This document shows positions 37,927 through 47,115 of a stretch of 64,000 nucleotides of DNA, one piece after another. A program made the position numbers and the translations under genes. Origin of the DNA: Deltaproteobacteria bacterium. Lineage in GTDB: Bacteria; Myxococcota_A; UBA796; UBA9615. The stretch is taken from the NCBI GenBank assembly GCA_023954745.1, contig JAGSHC010000001.1:85672-149671 (forward strand), given 5' to 3'. The notes below the pieces were generated by a model. The model did not search any database. It saw nothing but the letters and a program-made list of their open reading frames with translations, and was not told the origin of the DNA. Positions within the stretch are counted from its first letter, which is position 1; each line of letters opens with the position of its first letter.

Positions 37927-39255
37927 GTGGCGTCCGATCCCGACTCGTCGTTCCGACCCGACGACCGCCTCGACAGATTCCGGCTGGAGCGGCTGCTCGG
38001 GCGCGGTGCGTTCGGGCAGGTGTGGTTGGCCGTAGACGAAGGCGGCTTTGGCTTCGAGAAGCGTGTCGCGCTCAAGATCCTCGACGACATGACCAACCAG
38101 CAGCGCGTCGACTCGCTCATCCGGGAGGCGCGCATCTGCGCGGGGTTGAACCACCCCAACGTCATCGATGTCTACGGGGTCGGGCAGGTCGACAAGGCGG
38201 TCTTCATCGTCATGGAGTACGTCGAGGGGGAGACTCTCGCTGCCTTGTGGCGTGACCTCGACTTCCTCGGCGTGGGCTTTCCTCGCTCCATCATCTGCGA
38301 TCTGGGGATCGCGGTGGCTGAAGCGCTCCATCACGCGTGGACCGCGAACGACACCAAGGGACGCCCCCTGGCCATCGTGCACCGGGACCTGAAGCCCGCG
38401 AACATCATGGTGTCCGTGCGGGGCGTCGCCAAGGTCGGCGACTTTGGCGTGGCCAAGGCTCTCCCCGAGCCCACGGACACCGTGTCCGGGCGCTTGAAGG
38501 GCACCCCGTCCTATCTCGCCCCGGAGGTGTGGCAAGGCACCAGGGACTTCAAGCCGACCGTCGACCTGTGGTCCCTGGGCGTCATCCTCTGGGAGCTCGC
38601 CGTCGCGAAGCGTTTCCTGGGCAAGATCAAGGTCCTTCAGATCTTCGACCTGCTGAACAACCGCAGGCCGGAGGACGAAGCGGCGGAAGTGGAGAAGCAC
38701 TTCCCGGAGCTCGCTCCCATCGTGAAGGGCCTCCTCCAGCGTGATCCCGATCAGCGCTTCCAGACCGCCCTCGAGGTGGCCGATGCACTTCGCTCCATTC
38801 GTCAGGGCCTCGGGCCTGGCGGGGACCTGCTCCAGTTCATGCGCCTCGTGCGCGCGGGCCGCGTCGAGCCCGAGCACCGCAACGACAGCCTGCTCGCGTT
38901 CCCCGCGTTGCCCAAGGACGCCAAAGACTGGCTGCCGCTCCTGAAGGTGGCGGCCGAGGAGTACACCGGCGACGCGCCAGCGCCACCGCCGACTCCAGCC
39001 CCCCCGAGCTCGGCGAGCCCCAAGCCGCAGCCGCCGTCTCCTGCCCCTGCTCCTCCTCCCCCCCGGGGCCCCGGGCCGGCTCAGCTCGCTCCTACACCTG
39101 TCCTTCCGGCTCCCGCGCTCAACGACGCAACGGAGCAACTGGTGGACTCCACCATCGACGAGCCCATGAGTACCAACTCCTCCGTGTGGCTCATGGCGGG
39201 AGGGGTGCTGATCCTCATTGGAGTGCTGCTGTGGCTACTGTCCTTGGGAGACTGA
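37927..39255 (+). CDS. Hanks-type Ser/Thr protein kinase with Pro-rich linker and C-terminal membrane anchor
   Basis: LGRGAFG, VALK, HRDLKPAN, DFG, YLAPE, DLWSLG; terminal hydrophobic helix. Confidence 0.93.
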   Translation: MASDPDSSFRPDDRLDRFRLERLLGRGAFGQVWLAVDEGGFGFEKRVALKILDDMTNQQRVDSLIREARICAGLNHPNVIDVYGVGQVDKAVFIVMEYVEGETLAALWRDLDFLGVGFPRSIICDLGIAVAEALHHAWTANDTKGRPLAIVHRDLKPANIMVSVRGVAKVGDFGVAKALPEPTDTVSGRLKGTPSYLAPEVWQGTRDFKPTVDLWSLGVILWELAVAKRFLGKIKVLQIFDLLNNRRPEDEAAEVEKHFPELAPIVKGLLQRDPDQRFQTALEVADALRSIRQGLGPGGDLLQFMRLVRAGRVEPEHRNDSLLAFPALPKDAKDWLPLLKVAAEEYTGDAPAPPPTPAPPSSASPKPQPPSPAPAPPPPRGPGPAQLAPTPVLPAPALNDATEQLVDSTIDEPMSTNSSVWLMAGGVLILIGVLLWLLSLGD

Positions 39256-39269
39256 AGGTGCTCGGCGCC

Positions 39270-41759
39270 ATGCGAGGCCGGCTCTCTCTCCTGGCGGTGA
39301 TGGTGGCGCTGCCGAGCCTCTCGGGGTGCGAGGCCCCAGCGACTCCTTGCGCCATCGTTCCGGTCTTCGAGTCCGGCCGGGACGAGGCAATCCTCTCGGT
39401 GGATCAGTGCACTGGTGGCGCCATCCTCGGGAACGCCGATGACCCGGCGGCCTGGCTCCGTCCCCCTCCCGAAGGCACCCCGGCCATCGCCTGGGCCGAC
39501 GATCAACTCAGCACCTCGATGACCCAGGGTCGTTATGTGTTCGAGGGCGAGTTCGGGGCCTGGGAGGGAGTCGGCGACGGCGACTTTGTGGGCCTGGGCG
39601 CATGGGCGAATCAGCAGGGCGACCACATCGCGCGTCTCGAGTGGACCGCGGGGCCCGAGGGCTCCATCCAGTTGTCTCTCGACGTGTCTGGTGAGCCTTC
39701 GCGCATCTCCCTCGCCTTCGGCTGCAACGACGGGGAGCGCTTCTACGGATTGGGCGCCCGGCCGGACGGTGTGGACCACACCGGCAAGACCCGGATGCTC
39801 TACACGGCTGAGCAGGGCATCGGTCAGCGGGACTATGGCCTGGACGAGCTGGACCCCATCGAAGGACGCACGGGCGACAGCTACTTCCCCGTCCCTTGGA
39901 CCGTGACGGACCAAGGCCTCGGAGTGGGCATGGGCGGCACGGCGGTCGCGCGGATGTACCTGTGCGGGGCGGACGAGCCGGGGGTGCTGCGGTTCGAATC
40001 CTGGGACAGCCGCATGGACCTGTTCCTGTACGCGGCAGGAGACCCGATGGATGCAGTGGGACGTTGGACGCTGTCCTCGGGCACGCCGGCTCCGGCTCCC
40101 GACTGGGCTTACGGCCCCTGGCTCGCCAGCCAACGTGGCACGGAGCGGCTGCTCCAGACTGCCGAGGACGTGCGGCGCCTCGGTATTCCGGCCACGGCCA
40201 TCTGGTCTCAAGACTGGATTGGAGGGCGCGAGAACGCCTTTGGCTATGACCTGAACTACCACTGGGAGTGGGACGAGGAGACCTACCCGGACCTCCCGCA
40301 GGCGATCGACACACTCCACGACCGGGGCTTCGCGTTTCTGGGGTACTTCAACCCCTTCATCACCGAGGGGTTCGACTTCTACGACGAGGCCCTCGCTGCC
40401 GGGTTCATGCCCGAGGATCCGCAAGGCGAGCCCTATCAGTTCAGCATCGTGACCCGCTTTGGCTCGGTCGTGGACTTGCTCGACCCGGCTGCCTGGGACT
40501 GGGCCAAGGACTACATGGAGGCCGCCCCTGCCATGGGCCAGGACGGCTGGATGTGCGACTTTGCTGAGTGGATGCCCTTCGACGCCCAGCTGTTTGGTGG
40601 CGTGCTCGGCCAGGAGAACCACAACGAGTACCCCCTGCTCTGGCAGCGCCTGAACATGGACGTGCTCAACGAGGGTCTGGGAGAGGGGCAGGGCCTGTGC
40701 TTCAACCGCTCGGGGTGGACCGGCAGCTGGACGATCGCGCCGGTGACCTGGGGCGGAGACCAGGAGACGGACTTCTCGCTGGACGACGGCATCGGGACCG
40801 CACGTCACATCGGGGTCGGGCTGGGCCTCAGCGGCGTCGGGCGCTACGGCAGCGACATCGCCGGGTTCTCTTCGCTGTTCGGGGGCGCATCCACCGAGGA
40901 GCTGTACTGGCGGTGGGTCTCCATGAGCGCCTTTGAGCCCGTGATGCGTCTCCACGACGGGTTGCGAGACCAGGCGAACTGGCGATGGGATCGAGACGAC
41001 GCGACCATCGACCACTTCCGGCGATACACCCGCCTGCATCTCCGCATGCTGCCTCTGTGGCGCATCTTGAACCGCGACTACGAGACCCAGGGTCGCCCGT
41101 TCATGCGGCACGGCATCCTCGTGGAGCCCCAGGACAGCCCTGCATTCGAGCTCGTTCGCGACGCCCCTGACCAGCACTTCATCGGGGACGATTTGCTGGT
41201 GGCGCCGGTCGTGACCGAGGGGGCCGTCAATCGTCAGGTGGTTCTCCCGCCGGGGCGTTGGTACGTGTTCCCCGAGGGGCCTGTGGTGGAGGGCGGCGAG
41301 GAGGGCACGGAGCTCCTGGTGGCCGCGCCGCTGTCGGAGATCCCGGTCTATGCACGAGGAGGCTCCATTCTCCCGCTGCTGGACGAGTCGGTGATGACCT
41401 CCTACCGCTCCGACGAGCCAGGGGTGACCGACGACGGGGACCTCGACCACATCCTGGATCTCGTCGTGTTCCACGAACTCGCGGCCGAGGTCGAGTTGGT
41501 GGATGGTCGCCGCTTCACCTGGGCAGCGGAGAGCCGGCAGCGGCTGGAGCCTGGCGTGATCACCCTCGACGGCGTCGAGCTGCCCGAGTGCACCGCCAAC
41601 CGCGAGCACAACTGCTCACGGAGTCACCAGAGCGGTCGTTGGCTCATCGAGGCGAGCTGGGCCACGGACTCGAGCGTGCTCGCAGGCCCTGGCTGGACGC
41701 TGACGGCGTCGGGCGCGGCGGACACGCGCGGCACCATCGAGCTGCGCTTCCCCGAGTAG
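39270..41759 (+). CDS. Glycoside hydrolase family 31 lipoprotein (YihQ-like subgroup)
   Basis: Lipobox LSGC; WSQDW; nucleophile motif GWMCDFAEW; acid/base WGGDQ; SDIAGF; LLVAPV. Confidence 0.88.
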   Translation: MRGRLSLLAVMVALPSLSGCEAPATPCAIVPVFESGRDEAILSVDQCTGGAILGNADDPAAWLRPPPEGTPAIAWADDQLSTSMTQGRYVFEGEFGAWEGVGDGDFVGLGAWANQQGDHIARLEWTAGPEGSIQLSLDVSGEPSRISLAFGCNDGERFYGLGARPDGVDHTGKTRMLYTAEQGIGQRDYGLDELDPIEGRTGDSYFPVPWTVTDQGLGVGMGGTAVARMYLCGADEPGVLRFESWDSRMDLFLYAAGDPMDAVGRWTLSSGTPAPAPDWAYGPWLASQRGTERLLQTAEDVRRLGIPATAIWSQDWIGGRENAFGYDLNYHWEWDEETYPDLPQAIDTLHDRGFAFLGYFNPFITEGFDFYDEALAAGFMPEDPQGEPYQFSIVTRFGSVVDLLDPAAWDWAKDYMEAAPAMGQDGWMCDFAEWMPFDAQLFGGVLGQENHNEYPLLWQRLNMDVLNEGLGEGQGLCFNRSGWTGSWTIAPVTWGGDQETDFSLDDGIGTARHIGVGLGLSGVGRYGSDIAGFSSLFGGASTEELYWRWVSMSAFEPVMRLHDGLRDQANWRWDRDDATIDHFRRYTRLHLRMLPLWRILNRDYETQGRPFMRHGILVEPQDSPAFELVRDAPDQHFIGDDLLVAPVVTEGAVNRQVVLPPGRWYVFPEGPVVEGGEEGTELLVAAPLSEIPVYARGGSILPLLDESVMTSYRSDEPGVTDDGDLDHILDLVVFHELAAEVELVDGRRFTWAAESRQRLEPGVITLDGVELPECTANREHNCSRSHQSGRWLIEASWATDSSVLAGPGWTLTASGAADTRGTIELRFPE

Positions 41760-41800
41760 ACGCGTCGCGGACAGCGCGTCGCGGGTCGCGCGTCGTCCGA

Positions 41801-43447
41801 CTACGGCTCGAAGTCCGGGGGATCCGTGTCGGGGTCCTCCTCCGGAATCGTCGTCGGCTCCTCCACGGGCGCAGCAGCCGGGTCGGTGGGGTTCTCCGGT
41901 GGGGAGTCCTGAGCCTCCTCGGTAGCTGCTGGCCCCTGGGCCACTTGATCCCCGGTGTTCTGGGCCCACCCGTAGCTCTGGAGAGACCGATCGACGGTGC
42001 TCACCCGGATGGGGGGCGCTGGGAGCCACAGGGTGACCTCGAACCCGCCCTCTGGATGATTACGGGCGGAGAGACCGCCTTCATGGAGGGCCAGAACCAG
42101 CCGGGCGACGCGCATCCCGAGTCCGAGGCCCTCGGAGTCGGCCCCCCCCAGCCTCCGAAACGGCTGGAACAGATTGCCGACCTCTTCGAAGGGGACGCCG
42201 GGGCCGGCGTCCCGAATGCGGATCTCCACCTTCGTGTGCGCGCGACTCGCGTGAATCGTGACCGGCCCGCTGCCATGCACGCGCACGTTGTCGAGCAGAG
42301 CGGCGAACACCCCGGCGAGCAGTCGAGAGTCCAGTCTGAGGGTCTCGTCTACGTCCTCGTGGAACTGGATGTCCACGTCGAGACCGGGCGCCCGACGCTC
42401 GACGAAGAGCCGGACGACGTCCCGAACGAGCCGGCGCACCTCGGTGTCGTCGAGGTTTGCCTGGAGTGACCCCGCCTCGAGGGAGTTCCACTGCCACAGG
42501 GCGGACACGGTGCGATGCAGGTTCCCCACATCACGCTCGGCGTCCCCGAGGGCTTCCCGGCGGGCCGCGCTCATTCGCCCCCCTGAGATGCTGGCCAGGT
42601 TCTCTTTCACCCGGCCGATGGGCTCCACGAGGATCTGCCCAAGGGAGCGGAGGACTGCCCGTTGCTGGTTCTCCGCATCCACGGCGCGCTGTCTCAGCCG
42701 GGTCGCCGCGCGAGCGATCCAGCCGATCTCCTTGATCGACGAGCTGCTCTGGTTCCAGGTGCCTCCGCTGGACGCCATGCGTTCCATGGCGATGGCTGCG
42801 TCTTCGAGCGGCCGGGCGAGGCGAAGGGCGATGAGCAGGCTGAACAGAGCCATGACGATGAAGAGAACGAAGAGGGCCGACCGGTAGCCACCGTCCCGGA
42901 GGGGCAGCAGCGACAGGGGGATGAGGCGCAGCGTGATGTTCTTGCCTGCCGGGACCTCGACTGCGTACGGCCAGTCCAATTGCACGCGAACCGCCCGCCC
43001 TCGGATTCGGGGATACCGGTCGGGGTCGGCTGCGTCGCCGAAGGTTGGGACCCATGGGGTTTGGCCGCTGTCGGTGAAGCGTCCTGGGGCGTCCGCGTTC
43101 TTGAGGCGCTTCAGAGCCCGACTGAGAGAGGGGCCATGGGCGACTCCGAGGGGAGCGTCGTCCTCGAGGATCAGCACCAGGGAGACATCGAGGTCGAGGG
43201 AGGCCCGGTGCAGGTACCCCTGGGTCGCCGGCGTGGGCATGCCCTGCGCTGTGAGCGTGCGGTCGAGTTCTGCGGAGACGCGGACGGCCTGGGTGTACGC
43301 CAGGCGAGCCAGCTCGACGTCCGCAGCCCCCCGGCCGGTGCGGGTGTACAGGGACGAAGCGATGAGCAACGTCACCGCGATGGCGACGACCATGCCCGCC
43401 GCGATGCGCTGCCCAAAGGAGGTCCCCTGACGTGCCCGTCCTGCCAT
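41801..43447 (-). CDS. Membrane sensor histidine kinase-like protein lacking the phospho-accepting His
   Basis: Two TM segments, HAMP-like linker, HATPase (DAGPG, LFQPF, GLGLG); H-box position reads SLGQILVEP. Confidence 0.8.
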   Translation of the reverse strand: MAGRARQGTSFGQRIAAGMVVAIAVTLLIASSLYTRTGRGAADVELARLAYTQAVRVSAELDRTLTAQGMPTPATQGYLHRASLDLDVSLVLILEDDAPLGVAHGPSLSRALKRLKNADAPGRFTDSGQTPWVPTFGDAADPDRYPRIRGRAVRVQLDWPYAVEVPAGKNITLRLIPLSLLPLRDGGYRSALFVLFIVMALFSLLIALRLARPLEDAAIAMERMASSGGTWNQSSSSIKEIGWIARAATRLRQRAVDAENQQRAVLRSLGQILVEPIGRVKENLASISGGRMSAARREALGDAERDVGNLHRTVSALWQWNSLEAGSLQANLDDTEVRRLVRDVVRLFVERRAPGLDVDIQFHEDVDETLRLDSRLLAGVFAALLDNVRVHGSGPVTIHASRAHTKVEIRIRDAGPGVPFEEVGNLFQPFRRLGGADSEGLGLGMRVARLVLALHEGGLSARNHPEGGFEVTLWLPAPPIRVSTVDRSLQSYGWAQNTGDQVAQGPAATEEAQDSPPENPTDPAAAPVEEPTTIPEEDPDTDPPDFEP

Positions 43448-43592
43448 GTCCTCCCTGTCCTTGCATCCAGTCTAGAGCACCGGCCCACTCCCTCGTTGGA
43501 GACACCCTTGGACATCCCTCTTGGGTGCCTTCGCTACCATCGGCGGGGGTCGGGGCGTGCCGCACGCTCCACTGCAGGCGGGAGGACGATCG

Positions 43593-44000
43593 ATGAGGGT
43601 TGGTTTCATTGTGCTGGCGACCGCGGGCTTTCTGGTCGTGGGGTGTGGGGACACCAACCGTGGTTCTGGGGTGTCCTACGCTTCGGGCGTGTCCGCGTCC
43701 CTCTCCGCCAACGCGGGCCTGAGCCAGGCGCAGGTCTCGACCTTTCACGCCGACGTGCGCTCCAAGTGGGCTGTGGCGTACGACCCAGCGGTTCCCCCGG
43801 GGTGCGCTCCTGGCGGCCTCGGGACCGGGACGCAAGCGCCTCCCATCGCGGAGCGGCCCTGCAAGGCCTTCGTGCTCGAGCGACTCAAGACGTCGTGGCT
43901 TCTTCGGGCTGTCGGCACGCCCGGTCAGCTGTCTCTGCCGGAGTCGACCCCTACCGACCTGGGGCATCCCGACCGCCTGAGCTACCTCGGCAGCTCCTGA
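43593..44000 (+). CDS. Small hypothetical lipoprotein
   Basis: GGAGG then ATG; MRVGFIVLATAGFLVVGC lipobox. Confidence 0.55.
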   Translation: MRVGFIVLATAGFLVVGCGDTNRGSGVSYASGVSASLSANAGLSQAQVSTFHADVRSKWAVAYDPAVPPGCAPGGLGTGTQAPPIAERPCKAFVLERLKTSWLLRAVGTPGQLSLPESTPTDLGHPDRLSYLGSS

Positions 44001-46145
44001 TCAGTCCTCGCCGCGGTGGGTGAAGCCGGGGTGGGTGGCGATCATGGGGTTGGTCCCCGGAACGGTCTGACCGGACCGTCGAGACTCGAACGCGCGCGCC
44101 AACCCGAGGAGCCGCCGGGCCTCGCTGCTGCAGCCGATTCCCACGTGGGACTTGGCGGCGCGGGCATAGGCATCGGCGGCGCGCCCTGGCTCCCCTGACT
44201 TGTGCCAGTGCTCCGCGGTGCGCTCCGCAGCGAGGCCACCGAACTCTCCGTTGCGCTCGAGCCAACGGGCGGCACGGGCGTGGGTCTCGGACCGGCGGGG
44301 GAGCTCGGCCTTCGACCGGCTGTCCCGGTTGCCGATCTGCATGAACCAACGTCCGCCGACCTCCCGGAACTGGATCACGTCCAGGTCAGCGGCCCAGCGC
44401 AGGGCATCGAGCACCTGGCTCCGGGCCATGGGGAGAGCGGCGAGGGCCAACTCGATCTCCACCCAGCGTCCGAGCTCGTCGATGTAGCCGAGGATCAGGT
44501 CGAGGCGGGGCGGGGGCTCGACGAACTCGTCCGCCGCGGTCGTCCCCTGTTGGGGGATCCAGACCCGACCGCGTCGCCGCAGCTGACCCTTTGTCTCCTT
44601 GTCGAGCATGCTCTGGATGAGCTCGCGAGGGTTCCCGCGGGCGCGCTCCACCTCGCTCGCCACGAGCTCCTCGAGCTCCTCGCGGGCCTCGGGCGTTTCG
44701 ACCTCGGGCCGGAGCATCTCGGAGACCTGCTGAGGGCGCAGGGGGGGCAGCGCGACGTTGAAGAGACGGTCGGCCCCTTCTTGCACAAAGGGCGTCAATC
44801 CCCCGAGCGCTCGCCCGGCGAGCACGATGATCAGCGGCTTCGGCGCCCAGCCGTCGATGGCGATGGCCGCCGCTCGTTGGATGCGCGCCCAGGTGGTGGA
44901 GTCCACCTCCTCCAAGGCGTCGAGCAGCAGGACCGTCGGCTGGTCGAGGCGCTCCATGGCCTGCGCCACGAGGTCGGTCGGCGGAGGTGACTTCGGGTCG
45001 ACGGGCGGGGGGCGGAACCATCGATGCAAGGCGGTGCGTGGGCGCTCCGGGAGGCAGGATGCCGCGAGAACTTGCACCCGGCGGTCCTGACTCGCCTGGC
45101 GGGCCCAGCGTCGGAGCAAGCGGGTCTTGCCGGTGCCGGCTTCGTCGACCACCCGGATCAAGCAGCCCTTGCGGCTTCGCAGGTCGAGCAGTCGCCGACG
45201 AAAGAAGGCGTCGAGAGCTTCGCGACCGACCATGGGAGGGCGAGTGACGGACCAGATCTGAGTGGGAGGATCGACCGCGCTGCATAGCGCGTCACCGAAG
45301 GCGTCCCGCACGTCCGACATGGTGGCGAATCGGGCACTGGGATCCCAACGGAGCAGGCGCTCCACGGCGCGGGCGACGCCGGCGTCGGCTTCGGGGCGCC
45401 ACTCGCCCACCGGCTGCACGCGACCCACGCTGTACGCGCGGTCGAACTCGGCAGGGGTGTGGCCTGGGACGGCCTTCTGCCCGGTGATCAGCTCGTAGAC
45501 GATCGCCCCGAGAGACCACTGGTCGGACCGGCGCGACCCCTTGCCGCCGTCCATCAGCTCGGGGGCCGAGTAGCCCGAGCGCTCCTGGATCTCCGCCATG
45601 GGGCGGGTGTCGATCCCCTCCTTCGCGGGCCAGATGCCGAGATCGACGAGATGCACCTCGCCCGCGCGCCCCACCAGGATGTTGTGAGGCTTCATGTCGA
45701 GATGAGCCGTCTGGCGGGTGTGCATCGCCTCCAGGGCGTCGATCAGTCCAGCCACGATGGGGCCGGCGTGGCGCCAGCGCTCACGGAACGAAGCGTTCTG
45801 CCCCAAGGGAAGACACGTCCACCACTCCAGCAGCCCGCGGCCAGGGCAGTGCTCACACACGAGCCAGGCGTCGGCGCGCGCCTCCACGAGCTCCCGGGTG
45901 CCCATCACCTTGGGGTTGTTCAGCCCCGACAGGACTTTGTGCACCGTGCGGAGTCGGGTGATGTCTTCCTGGGACGGCTCGAACACGCGCTTCAGGACGA
46001 CGTCTTGTCCCTCGCGGTTGTCACTCGCAACGACCACGTCACCCCGCTGGCCGCGATGCAGCACTCGGATGACTCGATACTGGCCTCGGATGAGCGCGGG
46101 TCGATAGACCTCGGCGTCGTCGGGAGCACTGTCCCAGGGATTCAA
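44001..46145 (-). CDS. Ser/Thr kinase fused to a P-loop (STAND-like) ATPase and short TPR-like tail
   Basis: GGAGG-N6-TTG start; HLDMKPHN, DLG, YSAPE, DQWSLG; VGRE, EAGTGKT, LLLDALEEVD. Confidence 0.82.
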   Translation of the reverse strand: MNPWDSAPDDAEVYRPALIRGQYRVIRVLHRGQRGDVVVASDNREGQDVVLKRVFEPSQEDITRLRTVHKVLSGLNNPKVMGTRELVEARADAWLVCEHCPGRGLLEWWTCLPLGQNASFRERWRHAGPIVAGLIDALEAMHTRQTAHLDMKPHNILVGRAGEVHLVDLGIWPAKEGIDTRPMAEIQERSGYSAPELMDGGKGSRRSDQWSLGAIVYELITGQKAVPGHTPAEFDRAYSVGRVQPVGEWRPEADAGVARAVERLLRWDPSARFATMSDVRDAFGDALCSAVDPPTQIWSVTRPPMVGREALDAFFRRRLLDLRSRKGCLIRVVDEAGTGKTRLLRRWARQASQDRRVQVLAASCLPERPRTALHRWFRPPPVDPKSPPPTDLVAQAMERLDQPTVLLLDALEEVDSTTWARIQRAAAIAIDGWAPKPLIIVLAGRALGGLTPFVQEGADRLFNVALPPLRPQQVSEMLRPEVETPEAREELEELVASEVERARGNPRELIQSMLDKETKGQLRRRGRVWIPQQGTTAADEFVEPPPRLDLILGYIDELGRWVEIELALAALPMARSQVLDALRWAADLDVIQFREVGGRWFMQIGNRDSRSKAELPRRSETHARAARWLERNGEFGGLAAERTAEHWHKSGEPGRAADAYARAAKSHVGIGCSSEARRLLGLARAFESRRSGQTVPGTNPMIATHPGFTHRGED

Positions 46146-46193
46146 CCACTACCTCCGTAGCCGCACGGTCGCCCACCGTGGAGTCGGCCCATT

Positions 46194-47033
46194 CTAGCGG
46201 ATCCCGCGACGTGCTCCGATGAGGGCGAACGCGCCGGCTCCGGCCGCGAGTGAGACGAGGAGCCACGGAGCCGTGGCGGGTTCGTCCCAACCCGCGAGGA
46301 TGGTTGTGGCAGCGAGGCCGTTGTTCAAGACGTGCACGGCGACACAGGGGATCAAGCTCCCACTGCGCCAGCGAAGAACTCCAAGAAAGACTGCGAGAGG
46401 GAGCACGCCCACGGACTGGATGGGGTCGAAGTGCCACAGAGCGAAGATCAGGGAGGTGGTGATGATGGCCCCGACGGGGTGTGCGTCTCCGTCCATGACT
46501 CGCCAGAGGAACCCGCGGAACACCAGCTCTTCGAAGAGAGGTCCCACGAGCACGACCACCGCGGCGAACACGGCGCGCTCGACCATGGGGCCGGTCCTCA
46601 ACGACTCGGCGATCGCCGCGAGGTTGTCCAACGGGAGGCGCCATCCGAACGTGGAGCTGACCAGGTCCCACACGCCCGTCCCGAGGGCTTCGCCGACGAC
46701 TCCGAGGAAGACCGCCCCCAAGGCGGCTCCGAGCCAGAGCGGCGCCCCCCAGCTCCCTCGGATCAGCCCCCAGGTCTCGCCAGGCGACCAGGTCTGCAGG
46801 CGCCGTGCGACCTCGGCGATCGCAAAGGCGCCGCCGGACATGCCCACCGCGCTCACCGCCAGGGCGAGGGGCGAGGCGAGTCCGTCCTCGCCGAAGAGCA
46901 ACAGCAGCAGGGGGACCACCACCACCACGGTCCAGACGACGCACGTCACCACGTAGAGCAACGCGAAGCCCAAACGAGGACGGGGTAACGATTGGAGAGG
47001 CACGATGACTCCAGGAGGCTGTCTGGCGGCCAA
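46194..47033 (-). CDS. CPBP (CAAX protease/Abi) family intramembrane metalloprotease
   Basis: EELVFRG, FALWH, HVLNN motifs; multi-TM; exact start uncertain. Confidence 0.9.
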   Translation of the reverse strand: MAARQPPGVIVPLQSLPRPRLGFALLYVVTCVVWTVVVVVPLLLLLFGEDGLASPLALAVSAVGMSGGAFAIAEVARRLQTWSPGETWGLIRGSWGAPLWLGAALGAVFLGVVGEALGTGVWDLVSSTFGWRLPLDNLAAIAESLRTGPMVERAVFAAVVVLVGPLFEELVFRGFLWRVMDGDAHPVGAIITTSLIFALWHFDPIQSVGVLPLAVFLGVLRWRSGSLIPCVAVHVLNNGLAATTILAGWDEPATAPWLLVSLAAGAGAFALIGARRGIR

Positions 47034-47115
47034 TGGTCGCAGTGGCTATACCTGACGGCCCCTCAGCGCGGAACCGCGGGAGGGTTGCGGGGCTCCGCCC
47101 GCGAGGACTCGACCC

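Noticed and set aside
41760-41800. Three CGCGTCG copies between convergent stop codons
   Set aside because: Short GC-rich words expected by chance; no copies seen in other intergenic regions to support a REP-like element
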